DNA of 64,000 nt from Neoechinorhynchus agilis (GCA_051530055.1 CM121341.1:4504784-4568783); one strand, 5' to 3'; positions 50,036 through 63,364 are shown, counted from the first letter of the stretch. Notes: generated from the letters alone by a model not told the origin. Numbers and translations: made by a program.

Positions 50036-50662
50036 AATTTGTTGTCTTCAAATGTTATGTTTGTTCGGCAGCTTCCTTGATGGCCGCATATCGCCGGTGG
50101 CATGTTTTAGCATCCCTCCCAGTCGGGAGAGGAAATAATAGCCTTCTTTTCCGAGGCATCCCAAGATCTGAGGAATTATCAAGGATAAATTTGAAAAGTT
50201 AAATTACGATTCTCTTAAAATCCGACTCGGCGAGGTTTCCAGATCATAAATAGAAACAATCGGTTCATTTGCATCAAAGTGAAGGAAGCATTACTTGTGT
50301 TTTTGCCGTCCTTCTTAGATGGATCGCTCTTTTAAAAACCAAAGACGAGCTGGACTTTAATGTGGGGGAACGCTGCATCCTTCCATTCGACGGCTACACC
50401 AGGACGGCACAATGTTGTAGTGATTTGGCGCTGCTGAACTTTGAGTAACTCGCTCCCTCCATCGCTACTTTGTTACCATTCTGTCCATGCAATCAGAATT
50501 GGCCATCGATTTGGGTTGCCCAAAGTGAAGAATCGGGGCTTGATCCAACGACCACACTGAACGGCATCAGGATTTGTTGACTTTAACTACTTCCCGATGT
50601 ATCCGAGCTGTCGCCGATTTATGAGCAGTCGAAAGTGCTTCTTCGTTAAACAATGCGAAAAA

Positions 50663-52549
50663 TCAGTATTCTCTTGAGGGCTTTCTAATGCAGCAACAAT
50701 ATCTCGCAATATCTCCCACGACATCAAAGAACTTTGCAACGCGTCCAAATAAACCAGAATTATTGGATTGTTCTTCAGAATAATCGTCTATTTCGTCCGA
50801 ATCCGAAAATGCTGCTTCGTCCAATGTAAAACCAGCGTGGATATCATTCTCTTTGTTATCAGTCACTTCATTTTGATTTTCGGTTACATTTGTCAATTCC
50901 GGCTCTCGATACTTTGTAAGTGCACTTCCCGACCGAAGATTGTTTGTATGTCTTTTAGAAAGTTTTTCGCAATTTAATAAAGTAAGAGAAGGACTCCCCG
51001 GTTTCCAATAGTCCATAATATTTACAATTTCAATCGAACTGGACGTTTTTAGAGTTAACATGTACTCTCGATCGTATTGAAGATCACCAACTTCACAAGC
51101 AAACGAATAAACTCCAGGATCCAATTCAACGAACAAGGACACGTAAATGAGATTTGTAAAAGGTCCGCTTGAACCGATAACTTTAGAATCCATAACATCA
51201 TTGAATGGAATCAATTTTAGTGATTTTTCAGATGGAAGACGATTTCGATATAGATCAAGACGAATAAAATTTCGTACATTTGGAATAGACATCAAACTAC
51301 TTCGGTGTCGTCCGTAAAGTTGAGTTAAAACTGCATGAACGGCTACTTGTTTTCCACTTGAGAGTTTAAACATGAGTCTTGGCGTAAGATCTTCTGAAAC
51401 ATAAGTCTCTCCATTGATCTTTAAGTCTTTAACCCATGTTCCATAAAACTGAGAAACGATCCAATTGTCGTGGCTTATGTCTTGAAAATTCAAATTTGCT
51501 GTATAACCTGACGGAGATTGATGCCACAATTCAATGGCGTCAAACTGTTCAATAAAATTCTTCATAGGCATCCATACCGTACTCGTTCCGCAATGATCTG
51601 CGAATTTTAGCCTTGCTCGTTGCTCCGAATTAAGAGTATGCCAAATCGGATCAGACCAACTAAATCGATCGTTCCACACATACAATTGAACGTTCCAAGG
51701 ATTTCGTGTAAGTATTATGTACTCGGAGTTTAGTAATTCAATTCCTAAAATAGTATACGAATGGTTATTCACGAGTCTATTTTGTCGAATGTCTTGATCA
51801 ACTCCACTGGTCGAGGCGGTGACCATACCACCTAATTTAAAAGTTTTAATCAAATGATAACAAATGAAATTCTCCATCTCAGGTGTTCCGGCAAATTTGA
51901 TTCGTTCAGTCACTCCTGAAGCGATGTCATTAAAGGCTTCATGCTCGTGTCCGAGATGAATTCCACAATACGAACCATACAATTTTGCGTAAGCTTTCTC
52001 AAACAAAGCTGCCCAGAAATCGCTCTTTTTGTACGCATTGTGAACTCCAAGAGGTCTCAAAGGTTCATCTACCAATGCAGTGTTCTTAATGAATGGTAAT
52101 CGGTCGTCTACGACAACCTCGACTTCATGATTCTGTTGGTAGAAACGGAACCGGAATATTCCGCAGTATGCAGATCCAGAAAAAGATTGGTTAGGAGGTG
52201 TTGTATGGCGGAGAATTTGGGGTTTGTCCATTACGGCCACAAGAACGGTTACAAACCAACAATTGTATATCTGTGTGCTCTGAGTCAGTCCAAAAGGAGA
52301 TTTCTCCACCAAAAACACTGGATTTTCGCATACCTCTGAAGGCCGGCGCCATATAATCTTTTCAGTATACTTAAGTTGAAGACATTGACCCGCAAGAGTC
52401 ATTTCTGGAAGGAAAAACTCATCTTTAAAGAGATGCTTTTTCCGAACACATTCCTTGACCAATTCGTGATAGTCTTGGTTCTTGAAATGTATAATACCAT
52501 CATCTTTTACTTGACATGGTGATAATATTATTTGACGATTGCTATTCAT
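50663..52549 (-). CDS. Calpain-family cysteine protease (CysPc plus domain III, no PEF), intronless
   Basis: WRRPSE, NCW, YCGIFRFRF, VVVDDRLP, FWAALFEKAYAKLYGSY, NHSYTI, RNPW. Confidence 0.9.
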   Translation of the reverse strand: MNSNRQIILSPCQVKDDGIIHFKNQDYHELVKECVRKKHLFKDEFFLPEMTLAGQCLQLKYTEKIIWRRPSEVCENPVFLVEKSPFGLTQSTQIYNCWFVTVLVAVMDKPQILRHTTPPNQSFSGSAYCGIFRFRFYQQNHEVEVVVDDRLPFIKNTALVDEPLRPLGVHNAYKKSDFWAALFEKAYAKLYGSYCGIHLGHEHEAFNDIASGVTERIKFAGTPEMENFICYHLIKTFKLGGMVTASTSGVDQDIRQNRLVNNHSYTILGIELLNSEYIILTRNPWNVQLYVWNDRFSWSDPIWHTLNSEQRARLKFADHCGTSTVWMPMKNFIEQFDAIELWHQSPSGYTANLNFQDISHDNWIVSQFYGTWVKDLKINGETYVSEDLTPRLMFKLSSGKQVAVHAVLTQLYGRHRSSLMSIPNVRNFIRLDLYRNRLPSEKSLKLIPFNDVMDSKVIGSSGPFTNLIYVSLFVELDPGVYSFACEVGDLQYDREYMLTLKTSSSIEIVNIMDYWKPGSPSLTLLNCEKLSKRHTNNLRSGSALTKYREPELTNVTENQNEVTDNKENDIHAGFTLDEAAFSDSDEIDDYSEEQSNNSGLFGRVAKFFDVVGDIARYCCCIRKPSREY

Positions 52550-52988
52550 TGATATGACACCATAAAGTTCATATTAATCTCGATTGAACGTTGAATCCAT
52601 GGAAACGATACCGATAGAAAAATTTTTTAGTTTTCATCGTTTCTCGCGCACAAACAGTGATACAATTTAAAGATTTCTGTTTAGATTTATCGATAATGAA
52701 ACGACTAACGCATTCGTGCGAACGAAAAGACTCAACTCATTTTACTCATCTCACCGAGCAATTTATCCGCCTTGTCGTCGAAATCCATTTTATCCAGAAT
52801 TCTAATTAAAAAAAACTTCAAATTTGTATCTATTCGGTGTTTACGTACAATTCAGTTGTTGTAGGTGGAATTTCCTTTGGATCCAATGGAACATTTTTGG
52901 ACACTGGCTGCATAACAAAACAATAAATCAATGTGATTTGGTCACACGACATACCATAGACTCGTCGCGTTGCCTCCTTCTCATATTT

Positions 52989-55900
52989 TCATCTATTAAC
53001 GAAATGTAGTTTAATTATCAATCGCTTCAACTGCCTACCATCTTCATCGATACGGATATCTGTGAGGTCCACTTCATCGCTGCTATCATCATCAACCCTG
53101 AGATCGAGTAAAGGAGCGTAGGCGTATCGTTTGTTATTCGACGAAGGAGTCCATATAACCGCAACGGCAATTAAGATAAACATGAACAAAGCTGACCAAA
53201 AGCAAGTTTCGATAAAATTTGCGTTGTAGAACTAAAAAACGGTACAGTGAAAAGTTCACAATCATCTACGAACCTGACGACAATCTTTTAAACGTAGTTG
53301 GCTAATTGACCACGCCCAGCAGACGTAACCAATAACCATTGCAAACATTATGGCTACGGATCATGGCTGATTTTTTTTCAAGTGCAGATTAATCGCAAAT
53401 TTCGGTCGACGATCCAAACTGATTTTCCTGAGATCTTCTACCCGAGGGGCCAAATGGCGATTACGCTTAAAGTCGATGCTGATTTTTCTGAGATCTTCTA
53501 CCCGAGGGACCAAGTGGTGATTACGCTTAAAATCGATGCTGATTTTTCTCAGATCTTCTACATGAGGGACCAAGTGGTGATTACGCTTAAAATCGATGCT
53601 GATTTTCCTGAGATCTTCTACCAAAGGGGCCAAATGGCGATTACGCTTAAAGTCGATGCTGATTTTTCTGAGATCTTCTACCCGAGGGACCAAGTGGTGA
53701 TTACGCTAAAATCGATGCTGATTTTTCTCAGATCTTCTACCCGAGGGACCAAGTGGTGATTACGCTTAAAATCGATGCTGATTTTCCTGAGATCTTCTAC
53801 CCGAGAGACCAAGTGGTGATTACGCTTAAAATCGATGCTGATTTTCCTGAGATCTTCTACCCGAGACACCAAGTGGTGATTACGCTTAAAATCGATGCTG
53901 ATTTTCCTGAGATCTTCTACCAAAGGGGCCAAATGGCGATTACGCTTAAAATCGATGCTGATTTTCCTGAGATCTTCTACCCGAGAGACCAAGTGGTGAT
54001 TACGCTAAAATCGATGCTGATTTTCCTGAGATCTTCTACCAAAGAGACCAAGTGGTGATTACGCTTAAAATCGGTGCTGATTTCTCCGAGATCTTCTACC
54101 CGAGGGACCAAGTGGTGATTACGTTTAAAATTTCGGTCGTCGATCAAAACTGATTTTTCTGACATCTTCTACCAAAGGGGCCAAGTTGTGATTACGCTTA
54201 AAATCGGTGCTGATTTTCCTGACATCTTCTACCCGAGGGACCAAGTGGCGATTACGCTTAAAATCGATGCTGATTTTCCTGACATCTTCTACCCGAGAGA
54301 CCAAGTGGTGATTACGCTTAAAATCGGTGCTGATTTCTCCGAGATCTTCTACCCGAGGGACCAAGTGGTGATTACGCTTAAAATCGATGCTGATTTTCCT
54401 GAGATGTTCTACCCGAGGGACCAAGTGGTGATTACGCTTAAAATCGATGCTGATTTTCCTGACATCTTCTAACCGAGAGACCAAGTGGTGATTACGCTAA
54501 AATCGATGCTGATTTTTCTGAGATCTTCTACCCGAGAGACCAAGTGGTGATTACGCTTAAAATCGGTGCTGATTTCTCCGAGATCTTCTACCCGAGTTAT
54601 CAAGTGGTGATTACGCTTAAAATTTCGGTCGTCGATCACGACTGATTTTTCTGAGGTTAAAATTTTCGGCGTAAACCGTTTTAAAATTCATAGTTAAAAA
54701 GCAAAGCGTACACCAGACTTGATCCATAGCCTTAAAGCATTAGTAAACCGTCTATAAACCTTCAGTTTAACTTCATTCCGTTTAATCCTTAGTCCACGAA
54801 CCGTGTTAAGAAGATTGGTGAATATCTAATAACGACGACGAGTTAAAAAATCCTCCACCAACGAAGAAACAGACCCAAATGGTTATAAATGCATCTATGA
54901 GTGCTACTGGCATGACGACTATGATGATTTCCTTATTTTTGGTATTATTCCATTCAGCCTAAATCGGTATATTCCTCACAAGACGAAGTATTATCTAAGA
55001 GAACAACATACACTTGATACCACATAAAAGGAATCAATGAGAGTCGCTGCAAAATATAAGACTGTTACGATTGCGACTTTTCGATAAATTGGTCCCATTT
55101 TCGGTTTCACGATTCCAAATCCATAACTAAGTAATATTAGGACAGCTCGTGCCAATGCACGGCGGAAGCACGACAGTGTAATACCAATCGATAGTAAGGC
55201 ATCCACTTAAAGAATTAAAAGTCGCTATCATAGCAACATATAAACGTTCTAACCTGAGTTAATATTGACGAATTTATTGGCTCGGTCGTATGCAGCTACG
55301 AAGAACACAGCCTCTATGAACGCCATCAAAATCACATCACCAACAAAAATTTGAATTTTCATAAGTTCGTGCCAGTATCGAATACAAAGAATGAACCATA
55401 TAAAACCGATGATGGAGTAAAGAGCGCATGTGAATCCGTAAAGTTTGATGAATGGAAGATCGGCTGCAGTTAAGTATCCGTGGACGCCGCGAAAGGTTAC
55501 CAACATTGTTCCGATTGAGTTTGTTCCACCTCCATTTAAGCGAAATGATATCATATACGAACCCGTCTTCCATGCTCGTAGTAGGCCTTTTTGATCGGAA
55601 TAGTTCGATAAATGGGAAAATTCCTTTTGTTTGGTTAGTGCGGATTACATTGGAGTTTAGTCTTACCAATCGATTGTCGTCAATAATATCCGAAGAACTC
55701 TAGAGTGGGGGGGAAAGAAGCAAGTTTCATTTAACTGATTTCTAACAGTTCTTATACTTTCTTTTTAGTTTTACCACGCCTTAGAAATCAATATTTCCCC
55801 GATCAACATTTCCTCAAAAATGTATTCCATTAAACAGTTTACAAACCTTGAAATTAATTAAATGAATTTAAAACTCCGCAGTTCGAGATCGTGGCAAAAC

Positions 55901-57502
55901 TAACAAAATGGACTTATTTGCTCTTCACAAATAATTTTGTCTATTGTTTAAAAATGATTTATTTAAAATTGTTTTAAACTAATTTTCTAACGTCAAAAAT
56001 TTGATGGAGATTTGGTTGTGATCGTAATTTTTTAAATGTATTCGATTAAATAGTTTACAAACCTTGGGATTAATTAAATGAATTTAAAACTCCGCAGTTC
56101 GAGATCGTGGCAAAACTAACAAAATGGACTTATTTGCTCTTCACAAATAATTTTGTCTATTGTATAAAAATGATTTATTTAAAATTGTTTTAAACTAATT
56201 TTCTAACGTCAAAAATTTGATGGAGGTTTGGTTGTGATCGTAATTTTTTAAATGTATTCGATTAAATAGTTTACAAACCTTGGGATTAATTAAATGAATT
56301 TAAAACTCCGCAGTTCGAGATCGTGGCAAAACTAACAAAATGGACTTATTTGCTCTTCACAAATAATTTTGTCTATTGTATAAAAATGATTTATTTAAAA
56401 TTGTTTTAAACTAATTTTCTAACGTCAAAAATTTGATGGAGATTTGTTTGTGATCGTAATTTTTTAAATGTATTCGATTAAATAGTTTACAAACCTTGGG
56501 ATTAATTAAATGAATTTAAAACTCCGCAGTTCGAGATCGTGGCAAAACTAACAAAATGGACTTATTTGCTCTTCACAAATAATTTTGTCTATTGTATAAA
56601 AATGATTTATTTAAAATTGTTTTAAACTAATTTTCTAACGTCAAAAATTTGATGGAGATTTGTTTGTGATCGTAATTGCCCCTTCCCTAGAAAAGAGAGG
56701 AACCCTCTTTCGAAATATTTCAATAAAAAAATATTATAATCACAATTAAAACTCTATCACAGCAAATAATTTTCTCTTGATGATTAAGTTTAGTTTGTCA
56801 AACGATTTTCGGATTTTGTTTTTAAATGGAGATCGTGGATTAACTTTCTTTACAAATATAATTTGAAGACTAATGGACACTTGCGGTTCAAAGCACTTTT
56901 AAGAAATTTCAATGGCGTTTTGAGTGTTCAAAAATATATTCAGGTTGAGATTAAAATCTACGTACCGGTTCAAGAAATATGCGTTTTCCTTGTTGGCATT
57001 CAACTTCCTTCTTTTTGACCAAAAAGTATTGTATTTTCGATTTACATTCTCGTTCGATTGTACAAAAAGTAGGATTTTTGATCAAAATGCTACCACGGTC
57101 GTCCTTTGGGTTCTCGATTATTGAAAGAAAACTCAAAATCAAAGTACCTTTGATTGAATAAAATCGATTTGATTGCTGCAAGTGCACAGTCGTAAAATAT
57201 AGCTTAGTTCAAATTTGACCGAATCACGGCAAAGAACTTTTAAAATAAAGACCTATAATGACTCGTGAATGAAAATTGCTAACTTGAAACATCGATTCTT
57301 GTTTGATTGACCAATGACCGCGACCAGATAGCTTCAAATAATGGCTAAAAAAATAAAATGAAAAACATAAAAGAAATAGACGAAAACGTACTTGTAGTTC
57401 GTACTCTATTGACGGTTTTGTCACCAAATTTAAAGAATATACGCAAGGCGCCAATAGAATCGAAATCACCAATAACCAATCAATCATAATAGTCAAACGC
57501 AT
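52989..57502 (-). CDS. TMEM87: TMEM87/GOST-family seven-TM protein, multi-exon
   Basis: N-terminal signal peptide, HGYLTAADLP..LYG, YWHELMKIQ, LSYGFGIVKPKMG, IWTPSSNNKRYAYAPL. Confidence 0.85.
53398..54652. repeat. 60-bp minisatellite, ~21 copies, in a TMEM87 intron
   Basis: GATTACGCTTAAAATCGATGCTGATTTTCCTGAGATCTTCTACCCGAGGGACCAAGTGGT repeated. Confidence 0.95.
55830..56676. repeat. Intronic tandem array, ~216 bp x4
   Basis: TTTACAAACCTT at 55838, 56054, ~56270, ~56485. Confidence 0.93.
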
Positions 57503-58462
57503 TAAAACGGCGAATTCACCCTTTTATGAATCAAAAGGACTTTAAATCGGGAAGAATTCGTGTATTTATAGCGACGTCCAATTGCGAACGCCATTGGTTC
57601 TAATAATTGAGACGTTTTTTTTATGAGAATTTCAAAATTATTCGGTCGGAAAATTTTCATTAATTCCGATTTCATCCCTTCGAAATGTTGGATTTTCAAT
57701 TTTTATGAATAATTCAATCTTCAAACAAATCAATTTAATAGATTTTAATTTTCATAGTTTATTGATAATGTTAATATTTGTTACTAATTCGACCAATAGA
57801 ATAACAAAGATCAATTTAATTACATTTTATTTCTAGCCAATGAGAGTTTTGTGAACATCACGAAAATTGGGCCAATCAAAATCGTGTTTCCTTTGAAACG
57901 AATTTTTTTTGATGAACGCTAATGTTCATATACAAATCTATGAAGTTTTATTAGCTTGTTTTTAAGATAAAAAGGAGCTCGCAGTTGCATTGAAGGCTTT
58001 CCTTCCAGAAAGTTTTATGGGTTTAATTTCTTCAAAAAACTGCTTCGTCTAGTAAACTATTTTCGTTTGTGTGATTAAAAAGTGATCGAGTACTTAGCAG
58101 TTGAACATTTCTTTGAACTTTTCTCTCACTTTAGATGTCATTCTTTTCAGCATTGTCGGTTTTGTTCTCATTTCCCAGCGTCTTGAGATACCCGCTCACA
58201 CTGTCCTTTCACCCGAATTCTATATATATTAAAAAAACATTTTACACTGAGTCAATTTCGACAATGTTGTTTCTGCATTGAAAATTAAGGAAAAAAGAGT
58301 TTATTCGGCTGCCTTGTTTTCATTGGGATTTTAAATGGTATCTGTACATCAAAGGCTTAGCGGGTTTTTTCATAGTTTAAATAAACAAGTAAAGATGATA
58401 TTTCCGCCTCGGATGGATATTTCGTGAATTATGGCCTCTATCAATTGGTTTTAACAATAATA

Positions 58463-58860
58463 AAGTACAGAACGTGCAATCACCACCGTCCGCAATAATC
58501 TTAGCTTCTCTCCTTCCTCGGCTGTCGCTATCATGCCTCGTTGTACTGCGAGCGAGATATTTTGTCGCCATCGCCGGTCGTTTCAATTTCTTCGAGAGAT
58601 CCTGGAGCAGAGCTCCATACGTCTCTTCTCCGAAGGGGACCAAATAGTGGATCCTTGCTAAATCCCTCTATTTTCGTACCTTCCTCCTTTCCGCTGCACC
58701 TCCAGCGATTTCGAGAGGGTAGGGAATGTTGCTTACTGCGAGGGTCGTCCCAGAGGAGGCATTTGCCCTCCCGCCACGAAAAGACCGAAATTCCGTCAGG
58801 TCGACAAAGATGGGCGGGTTCCAAGATGTTGGGGAAGTTCGCCGTTCTCAACGCCCGATT
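58463..58860 (-). mobile_element. CRE 3' fragment with internal deletions
   Basis: ANFPNILEPAHLCRPDGISVFSWREGKCLLWD; same subfamily as 10560-10845. Confidence 0.8.
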
Positions 58861-59077
58861 CTTTTGATTTTATCCAGATTTGTTTTGTCATTTCGAAAAT
58901 CGATCCATAAGCACAGTTCAATAAATTTCTTTTAAAGCGATCTTTAACTACAAAAAAATCCCAAGTTTTTTTTAAAGAAACAAATATTTTTTTAAATGAT
59001 CGTTCAATTTCACTTGCCAAATGTGTGTGTGTGTTATAGACAATTGCAACGCCAATTCATTCGAGAAGGTCTGACAT

Positions 59078-59689
59078 CTACAATGGAGGAATCTCTTTTA
59101 GAGACCCGTTCAGATTCCTCGGTACGCTCTGAATATTCAGTGGTTCCATTTCCTCATCTCTGCTAAGAGTTATTTCTGCTAATTTAAGAAATGCGTTTTC
59201 CAGATTAGTGCCATCCTTCGCGCTGGTCTCCATATAAAGACAATCATTTTGTTGGCACCAACCATCAGCAGCTTCGATGGCGACCAATCTTTCGTCCTTG
59301 AGGTCAACTTTATTTCCAAGAACCATGAACGGGAAAAGATGGGGATCCTGCGGACTTGAATGAACGAGGAATTCATCGCGCCATGATTCTAAAGATCGGA
59401 GGGAGGTCGGCATCGTTACGTCATAAACCAAAACACAAGCATCAGCGCCACGATAAAAAGCGGCACCAAGACTCTGAAAACGCTCCTGACCGGCAGTGTC
59501 CCAGATTTGAAGGGTGACCCACCGACCATCAGGCAATCGTATTTCTTTAGTCATAAAATCCGCACCAATTGTCGCTTTGTAGTGATTGACAAATCGTTTC
59601 TTTACGAATTGATTCAAGATCGATGTCTTCCCTACGCCACTATCGCCAAGAATTAACACTTTTAAGAGAACTTTACGAATTGTCGACAT
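59078..59689 (-). CDS. RAB7: Rab7-like small GTPase, intronless (C-terminus probably extends to 59034)
   Basis: [63 protein letters not shown]. Confidence 0.9.
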   Translation of the reverse strand: MSTIRKVLLKVLILGDSGVGKTSILNQFVKKRFVNHYKATIGADFMTKEIRLPDGRWVTLQIWDTAGQERFQSLGAAFYRGADACVLVYDVTMPTSLRSLESWRDEFLVHSSPQDPHLFPFMVLGNKVDLKDERLVAIEAADGWCQQNDCLYMETSAKDGTNLENAFLKLAEITLSRDEEMEPLNIQSVPRNLNGSLKEIPPL

Positions 59690-60099
59690 CTACTTAAAAG
59701 AACGGAAGGAAAACACACGCTCAAATCGACGACGTTTGTACTTTGAACAAAAGTCATCTACATAATTTTTTAGGTTTCATTCTAGAAAAATTCTTTCGTA
59801 GAAAACGCTCAGAGGCAGATTCTTTTAAAGGTCAACCGACGCTGTATTTGTTCGTAATTAGAACTTAATCCGATGAAGTTTGAAACGTCTTTCTTTTACA
59901 AAACATTCTCTAACGGACGAAGTTCTATAGAAGAAATTTTTAAGCGCCAATCGATAGATCCATTTTATAATGGTTTCAACAGCCCCTCCAAACTCAACCC
60001 GGACCTCATATTACCAATAAAATCCTTCGCTTTCCCAAAAAGTCGAAGAGTAATCGACTCCTCTACTTCTTTGACTACGTGCAACTCCAAAAGCTCCCG

Positions 60100-62680
60100 A
60101 AAAACCACAAAGGACAATCAGTCGGTTCCGTAGCTTTAAAAACGGTCTCTACGTCCAACCGTAGCTGATCCATGCAAAGTCTCAACCCTAAACTCATTTC
60201 TATCATTACCATTCACTCATCTCAAATTTTCGAGTCGCCCCCGGACTTCGCTCTTTAGGGTAATCAATCGTTCTTTGTCGGCATCCCGCCCGCAACGACC
60301 AAAGCAACCTCAATCTCCTTCATTTCCGTCTTCCTTTTCCCGAAATCCAAAATTCCCTTCCCCGCCGTTTTATACTCCAATACTCGTAGCCTCCTTCCTT
60401 AAATGAAATTTCACTGATTTCATCTAATTCAAAAGTCGACGTAGTCATCTTAACAGAAACACGGCTTAGCTCCCCAGTCAACAACAACAACAATTCAGCC
60501 ATCCTTCTCGGGCACTCTTCATTCCATTCAGACCGCGAGGAGCGTCCATGTGTGGGATCTCAATTTTCGTACGGCAATCGCCACGATGCTCTTCATCTCT
60601 CACAGGCTCTCTGGAAAACCTCAATCTAGAATTCATCGCCGTCCATTTCATAGCTCCTCAGAGAAATTGTCTTGACGCTCACTTCTACAAAGTGTTCACA
60701 AATATCGACGCCTACTTATCCGCCTCTACCCCCGCGAACTCTGACCATTCCTCTGCCCTCATTACTCCCTCCACCCAACTTCAGCGTTTAAAACCTCCCC
60801 ATTTATCCGTCTGGGATAAACGCAATCATCACATCCAAAACTTTATAAAATTGTTCAACTCTAACATCCGCACATCCCACCCTGACAACACAAATGACTT
60901 TTCCTTGGCCATGTTCTCCTTAACTTCAATCACAAAATATTTTCTAACTCTCTTAAGAAAATCATTAGGATCTCGAACCGCGGCCCTCCATGGATAACTC
61001 CCATCTTGAAACTTCTTCAAAGGCAAGCTTCTAAGGCCCATCACAATAACTCTCCAGACTTTCCCCGTTTGCAAAAAACACTAACTAACAAAATACTTGT
61101 GGCCCGCAAAAACTTCCTTTTCTCTAAAATTCGATCAGGTGGCTACTCAACATGGTGGCGGGCCGTCAAGGACTCTTGGTCTACGCTACCCGTATCCCTT
61201 CCTTAATTTGTCCTCTACTGAATTAAAACAGGTTCTAGATTCCATCAATCAGAAAATCTGCCCTGACTCAATTTAAAGTCACTGCTCCACATCGGACACC
61301 ACAAAATCTTTCACGCCCACACCTGAAACTTTTGTTAACTTACCGATACCCCCATTTAGTTTCGTTATACGAAGTACTACAACATCTCAAGAAATTACCT
61401 CTAAATTCGTCCACTGAATCCGAAATCCCAAACTTGGTTCTTCGCTACATCATCCCCGAACTAATCGGCCCTCTCGCCCACATTACAAACTTCAGCTTTT
61501 TCTATTATGCCTGAAAACTGCTATAGGTGTCCTTTTTCCAAAAAAGGACATCCAATGCCACTTAATAATTCCGTCCAATAATCCATTCTACCCGCCGCTC
61601 TTTCAAAAATCATCGAAAAATGTTTTAAAACTCGCCTTCTCCCACTTCGCAACAGCAAATTATCGCCTCTACAATTTGGCTTCCGGCCCAAATTTTCTGC
61701 AACCGATGCCCGACTTTGCATTTATGGCACGCTCCTTCGAAACCTCGACAATAATCCTTCCCACGTCACCCGTCTCATTCAACTGGATTTATCGAATGCT
61801 TTCGACTCCGTGGACCATTCACTCCTTCTCCGGGCCCACTTCGATTTTGGTCTCAACTTGTGGCAGATCCGCTGACTCAAATCTTATCTTCACAATCGGA
61901 AACAATACATTCACTGCCGTTCTACTTCTTCTATCAGCCTATCCCTCACCAAAGGCGTTCCTCAAGATGCCGTCCTATCACCACTTCTTTTTAATATTTT
62001 CTTAGACGACCTTTAACCTCTCTCCTCTTTCTCGAAGCTTTTCTTATATGCCGATGATATCACCCTCATCACCCATTGACCACCCCATCCTCCCTCTCCT
62101 TAACCTCCAACGAAATCACCCACATAAACGATTTCTGCACCAATCACAAACTCCACCTGAATTTCTTTAATGCTCCGAAATGATCCCCTCTCTTCCGCAA
62201 CCCCACATCATTCCCTGAGCTTCTAAATGACATTCTACGAGTCACCTCCCACTCAGAATTCTTGGTTTCCAATTTCAATCAAACTTAAGGAAGGATGGGG
62301 TGGTACCTTTAAAATTTATCTCCTCAAACGCCTCCGACATTTTGGAATCACTTCACCCGATCTCTACCAATTTTACTTCTGCTTTATTTTACCTTCCCTC
62401 CCGTTTTTCTGTCCAAATCTCAAATCCGCCGTCTTGAAATTCTTCATAAAAAAGCATCTAAAATTTGCACAAAATGCCTTTATAAAATTTTCATAATACA
62501 ATGAAAACGTCTATGAACCCTACCACAACAATTTCTACCACATATCGCTCACACCAGCACAACACTCGCAATAAAGATCAAACCCCACAATCTCTCCTGC
62601 AAACAATAACCACCAACTTTCCCACCCAACCGAACCCGTAATCCAGTCCAAAATCAACAACCGCATTCATTTAAAAAAAA
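60100..62680 (+). mobile_element. Decayed APE-type LINE (CR1/L2-like)
   Basis: GISIFVR, GFRPKFSATDA, QLDLSNAFDSVDH, KGVPQDAVLSPLLFNIF, LYADD, LLKRLRHFG; A-run at ~62671. The clade assignment is tentative. Confidence 0.75.
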
Positions 62681-62833
62681 TCAGAACTAAACGACGACAT
62701 GGGTCCTCATCTTTGTGCTTTAACAAATGAAAACGTTATTATTATATTTGGTGCAATTATTTGATTCTAGAATGAAATGTCCACTTGAAATTGACAATCT
62801 TTTTTTTCAATTAAAAGATAAATAATTTTCATT

Positions 62834-63364
62834 TTAATCTTCAGGCGGCAATAAGCCACGCTCAACATACAATTTACCGATTTGATCGTTTACATATCGG
62901 CTCTGCCTGGTGACTCTCTTTTTATCCCAATTTTGAACAGAAAATCTTTGCATACTTTCATACGCCGATCTTTTAAATCTACGTTGTACAATATATTCAC
63001 GTATTGCAAGAAAAGACCGGAACACTTGGATAAATATCATAAGAAAATTTTTACCCATTGCGAAAATCGTATGAAACGACGTTTCCCCGTGCACAAACCA
63101 AGAGAAAGATCGAATAAAGAGGAACATCACGTCCTGTGTTGAAACTGACAACACGAGAGCCCAAACGCCAGTTCCGAATATAGCTTCTTTGATTATAAGA
63201 CATTTTATTTTTAACGGAGCTTCTGACCATTGGACCAACTGCAATCTTTCATCGATATAGGTCGTTCCGTCCATATTGAGGCAGTATTGAATCATCGAAG
63301 TGAAATAGGCGACATTGACGAGCATGAGAATTTCCTTTGTCCTGAGGAGATTGGTTTTGAGCAT
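62834..63364 (-). CDS. Uncharacterised hydrophobic ORF (176 aa)
   Basis: Open frame with hydrophobic segments; no family recognised. Confidence 0.4.
   Translation of the reverse strand: MLKTNLLRTKEILMLVNVAYFTSMIQYCLNMDGTTYIDERLQLVQWSEAPLKIKCLIIKEAIFGTGVWALVLSVSTQDVMFLFIRSFSWFVHGETSFHTIFAMGKNFLMIFIQVFRSFLAIREYIVQRRFKRSAYESMQRFSVQNWDKKRVTRQSRYVNDQIGKLYVERGLLPPED

Noticed and set aside
53361-54484. Repeat-protein ORFs on both strands
   Set aside because: A by-product of a 60-bp unit in an intron; frames break between units.
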